From Nitrospinales bacterium (GTDB lineage Bacteria; Nitrospinota; Nitrospinia; Nitrospinales; VA-1), in contig OZ253582.1 of the NCBI GenBank assembly GCA_965263085.1, positions 1,848,385 through 1,912,384 on the forward strand: a DNA stretch of 64,000 bases, read 5' to 3'. Positions within the stretch are counted from its first letter, which is position 1, and each line of letters begins with the position of its first letter. The position numbers were made by a program, and so were the translations under genes. Positions 14,502 to 25,047 of this stretch are shown in pieces. The notes beneath the pieces were generated by a model. The model had not been told where the DNA came from. It saw only the letters and a list, made by a program, of their open reading frames with translations, and searched no databases.

Positions 14502-15362
14502 GTGTTTATGCCTCCGGCTAAACTACAGGAAAAAGAATCGGATACAGGATGGAAAGCTCAACTGGACTTGGAGTTTTCCGAGTCTGGCAATAGGACCATA
14601 CTGAGTCATCGCAAACACTATGGCCCTTTGCAGGTGCAAAAACCCTTTTACCCGGAGCTTAACGGAGCTTGCCATGTTTATATACTGCATCCTCCTGGTG
14701 GAGTGGTAGGGGGAGATCGTTTAAATATTTCTGTAGATGTGAATCCGAACGCTCATGCTTTGATCACAACTCCGGCGGCGGGAAAATTTTACCGGAGTGC
14801 GGGGCTAATGGCCATGCAGGAACAGAGGGTTAAAGTAGCATCAGGGGGAATATTGGAATGGTTCCCGTCGGAGAACATCCTGTTCTCGGGCGCCAGGGCG
14901 AAGATTCAAACGAAAATTGAATTGTCCCGCGATAGTCAATTTACCGGCTGGGAAATTTCATGCCTGGGGCGACCGGCTTCGAGTGAAAATTTTAATCGGG
15001 GTGAGTTAGATCAGCGTTTTGAGGTTTGGCGGGATGATAAACCTTTATGGATTGAGCGTCTCAGTTTAAAAGGAGATGGCCCGGCTCTTCGAGCTAAGTG
15101 GGGATTGCAAGGCTTCCCTGTTATTGGCAATATGGTTTGTGCGACCCATAAAACAGAATTAGTCGAGCCATTAAGAAAAATAACAATTCCCTCAAGGGAG
15201 CAAGAATTATTTTCAGTAACCCAAGCGGATGGTATTATCATTTGTTATTTTTTAGGGAATAGTGTGGAGAGAGCCCGGAGTTACTTTGTGAAGGCTTGGA
15301 AAATATTGCGCCAGAAGGTGATCCACCATGAAGCTGTTGAACCACGAATTTGGAGCACTTGA
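14502..15362 (+). CDS. ureD: Urease accessory protein UreD
   Basis: 286 aa (GTG at 14502, or ATG at 14508). YILHPPGGVVGGDRL motif and first position in the ure cluster. Confidence 0.85.
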   Translation: MFMPPAKLQEKESDTGWKAQLDLEFSESGNRTILSHRKHYGPLQVQKPFYPELNGACHVYILHPPGGVVGGDRLNISVDVNPNAHALITTPAAGKFYRSAGLMAMQEQRVKVASGGILEWFPSENILFSGARAKIQTKIELSRDSQFTGWEISCLGRPASSENFNRGELDQRFEVWRDDKPLWIERLSLKGDGPALRAKWGLQGFPVIGNMVCATHKTELVEPLRKITIPSREQELFSVTQADGIIICYFLGNSVERARSYFVKAWKILRQKVIHHEAVEPRIWST

Positions 15363-15424
15363 TATTGCCTGTTGATTGATTTTTATGACTAAGTATGTAG
15401 AAAAAACTGTGAAGAGAGGCAAAA

Positions 15425-15727
15425 ATGGAACTTTCCCCTAGAGAAAAGGATAAATTGATAGTTTTTACCGCTGGATTATTAGCGGAAAGACGGCTAACTC
15501 GCGGAGTGAAGCTCAACTATCCTGAAGCCATCGCTTATATTTCAGCCGCTATTCTGGAAGCCGCACGGGATGGGCAAAGTGTCGCCGATCTGATGAGCTA
15601 CGGAACTACTTTGCTCAAACGCGAACAGGTGATGGAGGGAATTCCAGAAATGATCCATGAAGTACAAGTGGAAGCTACTTTCCCGGATGGCACCAAACTG
15701 GTCACTGTTCACAACCCAATTCCATAA
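15425..15727 (+). CDS. ureA: Urease gamma subunit
   Basis: 100 aa with the typical [11 protein letters not shown]...[14 protein letters not shown] sequence. Confidence 0.95.
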   Translation: MELSPREKDKLIVFTAGLLAERRLTRGVKLNYPEAIAYISAAILEAARDGQSVADLMSYGTTLLKREQVMEGIPEMIHEVQVEATFPDGTKLVTVHNPIP

Positions 15728-15739
15728 ACGGAGAATAAA

Positions 15740-16057
15740 ATGATTCCGGGTGAAGTAAAAGTAAAAGAGGGGAAGATTATTCTCAATGAAAATGGAGAAA
15801 CGATCTGTCTGACTGTTTCCAATTCGGGCGATAGACCGATTCAGGTGGGATCACATTATCATTTTTTTGAAACCAATGGCGCGTTGCAATTCGATCGTGA
15901 AAAAACAAAAGGCTATCGCCTGAATATCCCTGCCGGAACAGCTGTTAGATTTGAGCCGGGACAAACGCGCGAAGTTAAACTGGTCGCTTTTTTAGGCTCC
16001 AGGCATATTTATGGGTTCAACGGAAAAATTATGGGACAGTTGGAAGGAGAAAAATGA
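15740..16057 (+). CDS. ureB: Urease beta subunit
   Basis: 105 aa with an MIPGE start and the SHYHFFE motif. Its stop overlaps the ureC start. Confidence 0.95.
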   Translation: MIPGEVKVKEGKIILNENGETICLTVSNSGDRPIQVGSHYHFFETNGALQFDREKTKGYRLNIPAGTAVRFEPGQTREVKLVAFLGSRHIYGFNGKIMGQLEGEK

Positions 16058-17757
16058 CTGAGATAAACAGGCGCGCTTATGCGGATATGTATGGTCCTAC
16101 TACGGGAGATCGTATACGTTTAGGGGATACGGCGCTTTGGATTGAAGTTGAAGATGATAAAACCTCCTATGGCGAGGAAGTTAAGTTTGGCGGTGGTAAG
16201 GTTATTCGAGATGGAATGGGGCAGAGCCAAAGAACTTCCAAAGAATCGGTCGATGTCGTCATTACGAATGCTTTGATCCTCGACCATTGGGGTATCGTCA
16301 AGGCCGATATTGGAATTAAGTCGGGTCGAATTGTGGGTATTGGAAAAGCCGGAAACCCTGACATTCAACCTGATGTTGACATTATTATTGGGCCTGGAAC
16401 AGAAGCGATTGCCGGAGAAGGTCTTATAACCACGGCTGGCGCCTTGGATGCCCATATCCATTTTATTTGTCCGCAACAAGTGGAAGAAGCGCTCATGTCG
16501 GGAACCACAACCATGCTGGGTGGTGGAACAGGACCGGCGGCGGGCACCAATGCTACAACCTGTACCCCTGGGCCTTGGAATATTCAGCGTATGTATCAGG
16601 CCGTGGAAGAACTTCCGATGAATTTTGGGTTTATGGGGAAAGGCAATGCCAGTCTTCCTGCCGCTCTTGAAGAACAAGTGATTGCGGGTGCAATGGGTTT
16701 GAAGTTGCATGAAGATTGGGGGACGACTCCCGCATCCATCGATAATTGTTTAACCGTTGCTGATAATTTTGATGTGCAAGTTGCCATTCATACAGATACC
16801 TTAAATGAATCGGGTTTTGTCGAAGATACATTGGCGGCATTTAAGGGGCGGGCGATTCATACGTATCATACGGAAGGTGCTGGTGGTGGGCATGCGCCGG
16901 ATATCATTAAAGCGTGTGGTGTGGCGAATGTATTGCCTTCATCGACAAACCCCACTCGTCCCTATACGATAAATACTATTGATGAACATTTAGACATGCT
17001 CATGGTGTGCCACCATCTTGACCCAAAAATTCCTGAAGATGTTGCGTTTGCTGAGTCGCGCATAAGGCGTGAAACCATAGCGGCGGAAGATATTCTTCAT
17101 GACTTGGGAGCCTTTAGCATGATAGCTTCCGATTCTCAAGCTATGGGACGCATTGGAGAGGTGATCTGCCGAACCTGGCAAACGGCTCACAAAATGAAAG
17201 TTCAACGTGGACCGTTACGCCCGGACTCTTCACAAAATGATAATTTCCGCGCCAAGCGATACGTCGCCAAGTATACGATCAACCCTGCCATTACTCATGG
17301 GATCAGCCATGAAGTGGGTTCCATCGAAGTGGGGAAACTGGCGGATATTGTTTTATGGAAACCGGCATTTTTTGGGGCTAAACCGGCTCTAATTATTAAA
17401 GGTGGAATGATTGCGGCGGCTCCGATGGGAGACCCTAACGCTTCAATCCCTACCCCTCAGCCTGTTCACTATCGTATGATGTTTGGCGCGCTCGGGGGAG
17501 CACGGAGTGAGACCTGTGTGAGTTTTGTATCCAAAGCGGCTTCTGAAACTGGAATGAGGGAGAACCTGCGATTGAATAAACGATTGGTTGCGGTTAAAGA
17601 TACCCGTCGTGTTACCAAACAGGACCTTGTCCATAATAACTACCTTCCAAGAATAGAAGTGGATTCACAAACTTATGAAGTCCGGGCGGATGGTGAACTT
17701 TTAACCTGTGAGCCAGCGAGAGAATTGCCTCTGGCACAGCGTTATTTTCTTTTTTAA
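16054..17757 (+). CDS. ureC: Urease alpha (catalytic) subunit
   Basis: 567 aa. Motifs [20 protein letters not shown] and [15 protein letters not shown]. Confidence 0.97.
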   Translation: MTEINRRAYADMYGPTTGDRIRLGDTALWIEVEDDKTSYGEEVKFGGGKVIRDGMGQSQRTSKESVDVVITNALILDHWGIVKADIGIKSGRIVGIGKAGNPDIQPDVDIIIGPGTEAIAGEGLITTAGALDAHIHFICPQQVEEALMSGTTTMLGGGTGPAAGTNATTCTPGPWNIQRMYQAVEELPMNFGFMGKGNASLPAALEEQVIAGAMGLKLHEDWGTTPASIDNCLTVADNFDVQVAIHTDTLNESGFVEDTLAAFKGRAIHTYHTEGAGGGHAPDIIKACGVANVLPSSTNPTRPYTINTIDEHLDMLMVCHHLDPKIPEDVAFAESRIRRETIAAEDILHDLGAFSMIASDSQAMGRIGEVICRTWQTAHKMKVQRGPLRPDSSQNDNFRAKRYVAKYTINPAITHGISHEVGSIEVGKLADIVLWKPAFFGAKPALIIKGGMIAAAPMGDPNASIPTPQPVHYRMMFGALGGARSETCVSFVSKAASETGMRENLRLNKRLVAVKDTRRVTKQDLVHNNYLPRIEVDSQTYEVRADGELLTCEPARELPLAQRYFLF

Positions 17758-17771
17758 CAGAACTCGATTAA

Positions 17772-18230
17772 ATGCTAACCATCATAGAAAAGCTCGGCAC
17801 TCCTGCCACGCCTTCTGTAAGCCTGACTCTTCCCTTTGAAAAAAGACAGAAAAGCCGATTGCGAACTTCTCTGGATGATAATCAGGAAGTGGCATTGATG
17901 CTGGAGCGGGGAAGTGTTTTACGCCATGGTGATTTTTTGCGTGCGGATAATGGATTGATTGTCGAAGTTTGTGCTGCCAACGAAGAAGTTGCCGTCATTT
18001 CTACAAAGGATTCTTTCCTTTTAGCTCGCGCTTGTTATCATCTTGGTAACCGGCATATTCCTCTTCAAATAGGGGACGGCTGGTTAAGAATTCAAAGAGA
18101 TCATGTGCTGGAAGAGATGGTTCAATCGCTGGGGCTTGTTGTAAAGCATGAACTGTCGCCTTTTGAACCAGAAGCGGGTGCCTATAGTGGGCACACCCGT
18201 CATTCGCATTCTCATCACGGCGAAACATAA
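17772..18230 (+). CDS. ureE: Urease accessory protein UreE
   Basis: 152 aa. YHLGNRH motif and a His-rich tail (HTRHSHSHHGET). Confidence 0.9.
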   Translation: MLTIIEKLGTPATPSVSLTLPFEKRQKSRLRTSLDDNQEVALMLERGSVLRHGDFLRADNGLIVEVCAANEEVAVISTKDSFLLARACYHLGNRHIPLQIGDGWLRIQRDHVLEEMVQSLGLVVKHELSPFEPEAGAYSGHTRHSHSHHGET

Positions 18231-18911
18231 ATGAATTCTGATCGGTCTAAAGAAACTTTACGTTTAATGCAATTGTGCAGTCCGATGCTTCCTGTTGGTG
18301 CTTACGCCTATTCCCAGGGTTTGGAATTTGCGGTCTCTTCAGGCTGGATAAAAGATGAGGGTTCTACGTCATTATGGATTCAGGGTCTCTTGGAAAACTC
18401 TTTGACTTATTTAGATGTGCCGTTATTATCCCGCCTGTACAATGCCTGGACGATCCATGATAAAAAAAATGTGTTCTATTGGAATGATTATCTCTTTGCC
18501 AGTCGTGGTTCTAGAGAGTTTCAGGAAGAGGAGCAACAGTTAGCTCATGCGTTAGCTAGATTGTTGGAGGATATGGGTATTTTAGAAGCGGTTGAGTGGA
18601 AGGATAAACCTCGAATCTGCTTCCTGTCGTTATTTTCCCTGGGAGCCGTGCGTTGGAAGATATCTCTTAATGATGCATCCTTGGGATATTTATGGATGTG
18701 GGCTGAAAATCAGGTTCTGGCCGCAATCAAATTGGTACCTCTAGGGCAAACCTGTGGTCAGAAGATGTTATCTTCTTTCATTGAAATTATTCCGGAGCTT
18801 GTTGAAAAAGGTTTATCATTAAAAGATGAAGAGATGGGGTATACCTCTCCGGGTCAGGGTATAGCCAGTGCTCTTCATGAAACTCAATACACCCGATTAT
18901 TTAGATCGTAA
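18231..18911 (+). CDS. ureF: Urease accessory protein UreF
   Basis: 226 aa. [21 protein letters not shown] motif and position in the cluster. Confidence 0.9.
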   Translation: MNSDRSKETLRLMQLCSPMLPVGAYAYSQGLEFAVSSGWIKDEGSTSLWIQGLLENSLTYLDVPLLSRLYNAWTIHDKKNVFYWNDYLFASRGSREFQEEEQQLAHALARLLEDMGILEAVEWKDKPRICFLSLFSLGAVRWKISLNDASLGYLWMWAENQVLAAIKLVPLGQTCGQKMLSSFIEIIPELVEKGLSLKDEEMGYTSPGQGIASALHETQYTRLFRS

Positions 18912-18918
18912 ATTTAAT

Positions 18919-19527
18919 ATGGCAACGAAACAAGTGTTACGTGTTGGGGTTGGGGGCCCGGTAGGGTCAGGAAAGACGGCTTTGGTTAATGCCTTATGCA
19001 AGCGTATGAGAAGCAACTATCAAATTGCTGTAGTGACCAACGATATTTATACGAAGGAAGACGCCCAGTTCCTGATTCGAAATGAAGCTCTGGAAGAAGA
19101 AAGAATTCGAGGTGTTGAGACCGGAGGCTGTCCGCATACTGCTATTCGTGAAGATGCCTCCATAAACTTATCCGCTATTGATGATTTATGCCATAAGTTC
19201 CCCAATCTGGATATTATCATCGTGGAAAGCGGGGGCGATAATCTTGCCGCGACATTTAGTCCTGAACTCTCCGACTTGACCCTTTATGTAATTGATGTTG
19301 CGGCCGGAGATAAAATCCCTCGCAAAGGAGGGCCAGGTATAACCAAATCCGATTTGCTTATCATTAATAAAATAGATCTGGCTCCCCATGTGGGGGCTTC
19401 TCTGGACATAATGGAGCGTGATGCTAAAAAGATGCGCGGTGAAAAACCTTTCATCTTCACTAACTTAAAAAATGGCATTGGAACGAATGAGATAGAAAGA
19501 TTTATTATTAATCAGGGGTTGTTGTGA
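18919..19527 (+). CDS. ureG: Urease accessory GTPase UreG
   Basis: The ATG at 18919 gives [29 protein letters not shown] and INKIDL motifs are present. The track start at 18868 overlaps ureF and is unlikely. Confidence 0.92.
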   Translation: MATKQVLRVGVGGPVGSGKTALVNALCKRMRSNYQIAVVTNDIYTKEDAQFLIRNEALEEERIRGVETGGCPHTAIREDASINLSAIDDLCHKFPNLDIIIVESGGDNLAATFSPELSDLTLYVIDVAAGDKIPRKGGPGITKSDLLIINKIDLAPHVGASLDIMERDAKKMRGEKPFIFTNLKNGIGTNEIERFIINQGLL

Positions 19528-19563
19528 ATCTCATCCAAATATATTAAAAGCATTTTCAAAAGT

Positions 19564-20337
19564 ATGGATTTAATTCGCCGATATTTAATAGTAATGATAT
19601 TTTTGCTTTTTTGCGCTCCTTTTGTTTTTGGGATCGCGGAAAGCTCGGATTTGGGAAAAAATGATATCAAGGTCGATCTTAGCTATATATCGAAACTTCA
19701 TGGAAACTTTAACGTCAAGAAGTTCAGATTAAACCATCCTGTGAAAATTTCACATGCGGAGATAGTCAACCAACTGGTTTCGCTCAGGTACAAAGGCACA
19801 TTTCTGGGAAACAAAGAAGAGCCGGTTTTTTCAAAACCTGAAATTAAAAAATTAGCCCTGCTGCTTAAGAAAATGTTTGAAGGTGTGACCCCTGATAAAA
19901 TTATTCATATTGAGTTAAAGAGCGAAGGCGGAATTACATCTGGCGATATTTTTTCTTTCAGAAAACATTTGAACTGGCGTTTTGACTCGATTCATGGTGA
20001 AGAATTTTTTCAAAGAAATGATCTCCGTGGATGGAATATTTTTGCTTGGAAACTAATTCCTCATCCAGGGCAACTTTATTTTAAGTCCGGCGCTGAAAAA
20101 GGTAAGCGCATACGGAAAAACTGGATAGTCGCAAAAATACAACTTCCTGTTCCAGGGCAACAGAATGTGGAAGAAGGTGAGCCCTCTAAAAACTTTAAAA
20201 TAAACTCTTCAAACGAAAAGTTTAACCCCGAATTGGAGAAAAAGCTGGAGCATCTAAAGTATCTTCATGATAGGAAACTTCTTGACGATGAAGAATATAA
20301 AATCCAGCAGAATAAACTTTTCGAAGAATTGCTTTAA
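19564..20337 (+). CDS. Secreted or membrane-anchored hypothetical protein with a C-terminal SHOCT-like motif
   Basis: 257 aa. N-terminal hydrophobic signal (IVMIFLLFCAPFVFG) and the C-terminal motif LHDRKLLDDEEYKIQQNKLFEEL. Confidence 0.6.
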   Translation: MDLIRRYLIVMIFLLFCAPFVFGIAESSDLGKNDIKVDLSYISKLHGNFNVKKFRLNHPVKISHAEIVNQLVSLRYKGTFLGNKEEPVFSKPEIKKLALLLKKMFEGVTPDKIIHIELKSEGGITSGDIFSFRKHLNWRFDSIHGEEFFQRNDLRGWNIFAWKLIPHPGQLYFKSGAEKGKRIRKNWIVAKIQLPVPGQQNVEEGEPSKNFKINSSNEKFNPELEKKLEHLKYLHDRKLLDDEEYKIQQNKLFEELL

Positions 20338-20602
20338 ATGGATTATCTGTTCCGGTATATTTGTGGAACTAAGACGCAGTTTTAATCCGTTCCTCCTTCA
20401 AAAAGCTTCTATTTAAAGACATTAGCACCGCAAGATAGCGGCTCAAATCTCCTGCATTGACCCTCCTCCCCCGCCACAAAGCTAAGCACTATAAAATTAA
20501 ATGCCTAAATATAGGGCATTTCTGATCTTAGAATCAACGCTTCCGTTGAGTATTAACTCTATAGAGCGGGGCTGATCTGCCTTTTATTCGGGTTAATCAA
20601 AA

Positions 20603-20619
20603 AGGCACGGGTCTTGCTT
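20603..20619 (+). promoter_or_regulatory. Candidate sigma54 (-24/-12) promoter for the porin-urt genes
   Basis: AGGCACGGGTCTTGCTT has GG at 20604-20605 and GC at 20616-20617 with exact N10 spacing, close to TGGCAC-N5-TTGCW. It lies 65 nt upstream of the porin ATG. Confidence 0.55.
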
Positions 20620-20681
20620 TATACAAAAATAAGTTTAGTTCATAGAATTAATATAGGGCAAATCGATAGGAGGATTTAAGA

Positions 20682-21818
20682 ATGATTTTAGATATTAAAC
20701 GAAAGCTTTACAGTGTGCTGGCGGTGCTTTTGCTGGGCTTGGGGTCTCCAACTTTGGCTGTTGCTGGTGCGAAGATTAAAATTGATGACACGCGCTGGTT
20801 CAGTATCGGTTTAGGGCTTAAAAGTTCTTTTGCGGTTACGGAAGACGGAGCCCCTAGTGGAACTGATACTTCTTCAGGTGTAACCCTTGATAATATGAGG
20901 CTTTATACCGCCGCAAAGGTACATGAAAATATAACGCTGGAGTTTAATACTGAGCGTTCAGGGGGACCGAACAATCAAGGCGATATCCGTGTTTTGGACG
21001 CGGTTGCCAAGTTTTCCATAAAAGGGTTTGATGTTTGGGCCGGAAGATACTTACCCCCCAGCGACAGGTCTAACCTGGACGGTCCATACTATCTGAACGT
21101 ATACGATTTCCCGGTTGTTCAAGCTTATCCAGCTCTTTTTGCCGGACGCGATCATGGTTTGACAATTATGAAAGAATATGCGGGAGGTAAATTCAAATGG
21201 TCTTATGGATTCTTCGAAGGCCGGACAGATTCTACGCATGAAGGCGAGGAGAACGACTCTGATCAATCGGACAACTTGCTTCATACTGCCCGGATTACTT
21301 ATAACTTTTGGGATCCGGAGCCCGGTTATTACACCACCAGTTCCTATTATGGGGCGAAAGATGTTCTGGCGGTGGCCTTTGTTATTCAGCACGAGGAAGA
21401 TGGCGCAGGGACCAAATTGGAGGCGGGCGATTTTACCGGCTGGAATGTTGATGTTCTCATGGAGAAAAAACTAGGGAACGGCGGTGTTGTTAATCTGGAA
21501 GGTGCCTATTATGACTATGATCTGGATGACAAGACGGATGTCAGCCTGACTCAGGGTGAAGGTTACTTTGCCTTGGGAAGTTATTTGATCCCCAAGCAAA
21601 TAGGATGGGGAAAGTTTCAACCCTATGTTCGATACCAGCATTTTGCCAGGGATAATATAACGGAAGATGGCGGAAACCGCTCGGTTACGGAAGGTGGCGT
21701 GAACTACATTATTGATGGGCAAAACGCAAAAATTAATATGGTTTACTCTGCGGACCGCAATGGGTCGAATGCCGATTCAAAGAATACATTTAAGATTGGC
21801 CTTCAGTTCCAATTGTAG
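20682..21818 (+). CDS. Putative outer-membrane beta-barrel porin
   Basis: 378 aa. Signal peptide ending LAVAGA, alternating amphipathic strands rich in Y/G/D/N, and the C-terminal KIGLQFQL. It sits directly upstream of urtA. Confidence 0.55.
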   Translation: MILDIKRKLYSVLAVLLLGLGSPTLAVAGAKIKIDDTRWFSIGLGLKSSFAVTEDGAPSGTDTSSGVTLDNMRLYTAAKVHENITLEFNTERSGGPNNQGDIRVLDAVAKFSIKGFDVWAGRYLPPSDRSNLDGPYYLNVYDFPVVQAYPALFAGRDHGLTIMKEYAGGKFKWSYGFFEGRTDSTHEGEENDSDQSDNLLHTARITYNFWDPEPGYYTTSSYYGAKDVLAVAFVIQHEEDGAGTKLEAGDFTGWNVDVLMEKKLGNGGVVNLEGAYYDYDLDDKTDVSLTQGEGYFALGSYLIPKQIGWGKFQPYVRYQHFARDNITEDGGNRSVTEGGVNYIIDGQNAKINMVYSADRNGSNADSKNTFKIGLQFQL

Positions 21819-21845
21819 TTGGCAAAAGTAAACGAGTAGATAATT

Positions 21846-21869
21846 AGAGGGGAGATTTAACTCCTCTCT
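21846..21869 (+). terminator. Imperfect hairpin between the porin gene and urtA (possible attenuator or processing site)
   Basis: AGAGGGGAG-atttaa-CTCCTCTCT forms 9 bp with one G-T pair. There is no T-tract. Confidence 0.3.
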
Positions 21870-21902
21870 CCTTACGATAACAAAAATTAGGAGAGGTTTA
21901 AT

Positions 21903-23195
21903 ATGAAATATATAAAATCAGAAAATTTAAAGTCCCTGTTTTTAGCATTTGTGTTTTTCCTGGTCAGCGCAACAGCGCAGGCTGACACCATTAAAGTAGG
22001 TATACTGCATTCCCTTTCAGGAACCATGGCAATCAGTGAGACGTCATTAAAAGATGTGGCTTTGATGGCGATTGAAGAGATAAATGCTAACGGTGGCGTT
22101 CTCGGTAAGAAACTGGAACCTGTTGTGGTTGATCCCGCTTCAGATTGGCCTTTGTTTGCAGAAAAAGCACGGGAGCTAATCCAAAAACAAAAAGTCGCGG
22201 TAACATTTGGTTGCTGGACTTCTGTTTCACGCAAATCAGTTCTTCCTGTGTTTGAAGAATTAAACGGATTACTGTTTTATCCCGTACAATACGAAGGCGA
22301 GGAGTCATCCTATAATGTATTTTATACTGGCGCGGCTCCAAACCAACAAGCTATTCCCGCAGTTGAATATTTAATGAGTGAAGACGGTGGCGGAGCAAAA
22401 CGGTTTGTCTTGTTAGGGACTGATTATGTTTATCCTCGAACGACAAACAAAATTCTTAACTATTTTCTGAAGTCTAAGGGAGTAGCTGGGAAAGATATTA
22501 TGGAAACCTATACCCCATTTGGTCACAGTGATTACCAGACAATCGTGGCGAATATCAAAAAGTTTGCAGGGGGTAAACCGACCGCGGTCATTTCCACCAT
22601 CAATGGCGATTCCAATGTGCCATTTTATAAAGAACTCTCTAATCAGGGGCTTAAGGCTGAAGATATTCCTGTGGTAGCTTTTTCGGTTGGAGAAGAAGAG
22701 TTGCGTGGTATAGATGCGAAACCTTTGGTGGGGCATTTAGCTGCCTGGAATTACTTCATGTCAATCAAAACTCCAGAAAATAAGGCCTTCATTAAAAAAT
22801 GGAATGCCTATGTGAAGAAAAAGAAACTTCCTGGCGGGAGCAAGCGTGTCACCAACGACCCTATGGAAGCCACTTATATTGGAATTAAGATGTGGGCACA
22901 AGCGGTTGAACAAGCTGGTACTACGAACGTTGACGCTGTTCGCCAGGCCGTCGGTGGTCAAACTGTCCAATCTCCTTCTGGGTTTAAGATCACGATGGAT
23001 GCTAAGAACCACCATTTGCATAAACCAGTAGTTATTGGAGAAATCCAGGAAGATGGGCAATTTGAAGTGGTTTGGAAAACTGATGGGCCTATAAGAGCGC
23101 AGGCGTGGAGTCCTTTTATTCCGGATAGTGCAAAAAAAGTTGCTGATTGGACTTACCCCTGGGTATGCGGTAATTGCAAAAAGTCCAGATTCTAA
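21903..23195 (+). CDS. urtA: Urea ABC transporter substrate-binding protein
   Basis: 430 aa. Signal peptide followed by ADTIKVGILHSLSGTMAISE. It comes first in a five-gene urt set. Confidence 0.9.
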   Translation: MKYIKSENLKSLFLAFVFFLVSATAQADTIKVGILHSLSGTMAISETSLKDVALMAIEEINANGGVLGKKLEPVVVDPASDWPLFAEKARELIQKQKVAVTFGCWTSVSRKSVLPVFEELNGLLFYPVQYEGEESSYNVFYTGAAPNQQAIPAVEYLMSEDGGGAKRFVLLGTDYVYPRTTNKILNYFLKSKGVAGKDIMETYTPFGHSDYQTIVANIKKFAGGKPTAVISTINGDSNVPFYKELSNQGLKAEDIPVVAFSVGEEELRGIDAKPLVGHLAAWNYFMSIKTPENKAFIKKWNAYVKKKKLPGGSKRVTNDPMEATYIGIKMWAQAVEQAGTTNVDAVRQAVGGQTVQSPSGFKITMDAKNHHLHKPVVIGEIQEDGQFEVVWKTDGPIRAQAWSPFIPDSAKKVADWTYPWVCGNCKKSRF

Positions 23196-23298
23196 TTTAC
23201 TGAAAAATCCTCCTCCGGTTCCAGATACATTGTGGTTTTCCTCCAAGGCAAGTTGATGGGCCCGGGGGGGGATATAGTTAAATTAACTTTTAACGCAA

Positions 23299-23335
23299 AG
23301 AATTTCATCCATGATAGGATGAAATTTTGTTGTTT
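23299..23335 (+). terminator. Intra-operon hairpin plus T-rich tail after urtA (partial terminator or attenuator)
   Basis: AATTTCATCC-atgata-GGATGAAATT is a perfect 10-bp stem at 23301-23326, followed by TTGTTGTTT. Confidence 0.5.
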
Positions 23336-23352
23336 GGGGAAGTTTTATACGA

Positions 23353-25038
23353 ATGCAAAAAACCCGCCTGTTATTTAAATCCCATAAACTGACAGATATC
23401 CTGAAAGGCCGAAAATTATTTGCGCGGTTTCTTGGGGTTTTTGTGTTTTTGATTGTGGGGTTACTTTCATTTTCTTTAGGCGAGGCCAATGATTTTGAAT
23501 CGACCCTCAAAGACCTGGGAAACACAAGCCGATCCAAGATAAAGCTGGCCGCGCAGCGTCTGGGGAATATGGGAAACGTTGCCGCGCTTCCTGCCTTGGA
23601 GGCCTTGAAAAGCAAACGCTTGCAAATCAGTAAAGATGGCATACTTATTATTCTTAGCGAGATAGAGGGTCAAGGCCACGATGCGTTAAATGGAAACCTC
23701 GTCGATTTGAATTCTCTAACTCTCCGCGAACCCAGAATTAATAGTTCGGTTCGAAAGGCTTTATCCATTGCAATAGGGAAGTTGAAGCTGAACTCGGATT
23801 CCTCAGAGGTGCGTTTAAAAGCCGCGAAGGAATTATTAAAGAGTCCATCCAGTGACTTGGCTGGGTTAGTAGAGAAAGCTTTGGACAAAGAGAGTGATAT
23901 TGATGTTCGTAAAGTATGCATGTTGATTTTGGCGAAAGTAAGATTAAACAGCGATGATAAAAAAAAGCGTCTTCAATCGTTAGATACTATCAATGAATTT
24001 GGAAACAATGATTTTAAAATAGATCTGGAAGCTCTACTGGAAAAAAATGATGCGGGAGAGTTTTTAGAAAGTGATGTCGAAATTCGTGATGGTGCGGCCA
24101 AAGCAATTTTAAAGATCAAGAATCGACAGTTCTTCATTAACCAGTTCGCCAGCTTATTTTATGGTTTGAGTTTGGGAAGTATATTGCTCCTTGCTTCTTT
24201 AGGTTTGGCGATAACTTTTGGCTTGATGGGAGTTATCAACATGGCTCATGGCGAAATGTTGATGCTTGGTGCATATTCCACGTTTGTTGTTCAAAACCTG
24301 TTTAAAGAATTCTTGCCCGGTTTTTTTGACTGGTATCTAATAGCAGCCATTCCAATTGCGTTCATAGTAAGCGCCATTATCGGGGTCCTCTTGGAAAGGA
24401 CTATCATCCGCTATCTTTATGGACGACCCCTGGAAACTCTTTTGGCTACTTGGGGAATCAGCCTGGTTTTGATTCAAAGTGTCAGGATGGTTTTTGGTGC
24501 GCAAAATGTTGGAGTTGCCAACCCTTCTTTTCTTTCAGGTGGATTGGAAGTTTTTCATGGAGTGGTTCTTCCTTTTAATCGAATTGCCATCATTATATTC
24601 GTGGTCTTTGTTGTGGCCTCCGTTTGGGCATTATTACAAAAAACTTCATTAGGATTACAAGTACGCGCTGTAACACAAAATAGGGAGATGTCGTCTTGCA
24701 TGGGAATATCAAGGCATAAGGTTGATATGTATACTTTTGGATTGGGATCAGGCGTGGCTGGGTTGGGGGGTCTTGCCTTGTCTCAGATTGGAAATGTTGG
24801 TCCAGAGCTAGGGCAACTGTATATCGTGGATTCTTTCATGGTTGTCGTGGTAGGGGGTGTTGGGAAAATAGCCGGTACCGTAGCAGGTGCATTAGGCTTG
24901 GGTATTTTCAGTAAATTTTTGGAGCCTGTTGCAGGCGCGGTGTTAGGGAAAATTATCGTTCTTGTTCTCATTATTATTTTGATTCAAAAACGACCGCAGG
25001 GTTTATTTGCCCTTAAAGGTCGTATGGTCGATAACTAA
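23353..25038 (+). CDS. urtB: Urea ABC transporter permease UrtB with a ~250-aa N-terminal extension
   Basis: 561 aa. The branched-chain-type permease core starts at ~residue 260. The N-terminus has one TM and HEAT-like helical repeats. Confidence 0.85.
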   Translation: MQKTRLLFKSHKLTDILKGRKLFARFLGVFVFLIVGLLSFSLGEANDFESTLKDLGNTSRSKIKLAAQRLGNMGNVAALPALEALKSKRLQISKDGILIILSEIEGQGHDALNGNLVDLNSLTLREPRINSSVRKALSIAIGKLKLNSDSSEVRLKAAKELLKSPSSDLAGLVEKALDKESDIDVRKVCMLILAKVRLNSDDKKKRLQSLDTINEFGNNDFKIDLEALLEKNDAGEFLESDVEIRDGAAKAILKIKNRQFFINQFASLFYGLSLGSILLLASLGLAITFGLMGVINMAHGEMLMLGAYSTFVVQNLFKEFLPGFFDWYLIAAIPIAFIVSAIIGVLLERTIIRYLYGRPLETLLATWGISLVLIQSVRMVFGAQNVGVANPSFLSGGLEVFHGVVLPFNRIAIIIFVVFVVASVWALLQKTSLGLQVRAVTQNREMSSCMGISRHKVDMYTFGLGSGVAGLGGLALSQIGNVGPELGQLYIVDSFMVVVVGGVGKIAGTVAGALGLGIFSKFLEPVAGAVLGKIIVLVLIIILIQKRPQGLFALKGRMVDN

Positions 25039-25047
25039 TATTGCTCA

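Noticed and set aside
16120-17634. Several 60-196-aa ORFs antisense to, or out of frame with, ureC (e.g. 16120-16710 on the minus strand)
   Set aside because: They lie wholly inside a gene with unmistakable urease alpha motifs. Their sequences are low-complexity and Arg/Pro/Gly-rich, which is typical of shadow ORFs.
23264-23271. G8 homopolymer in the urtA-urtB spacer, considered as a phase-variation tract
   Set aside because: It is intergenic and lies upstream of the attenuator hairpin. There is no ORF or promoter element whose spacing it would obviously change.
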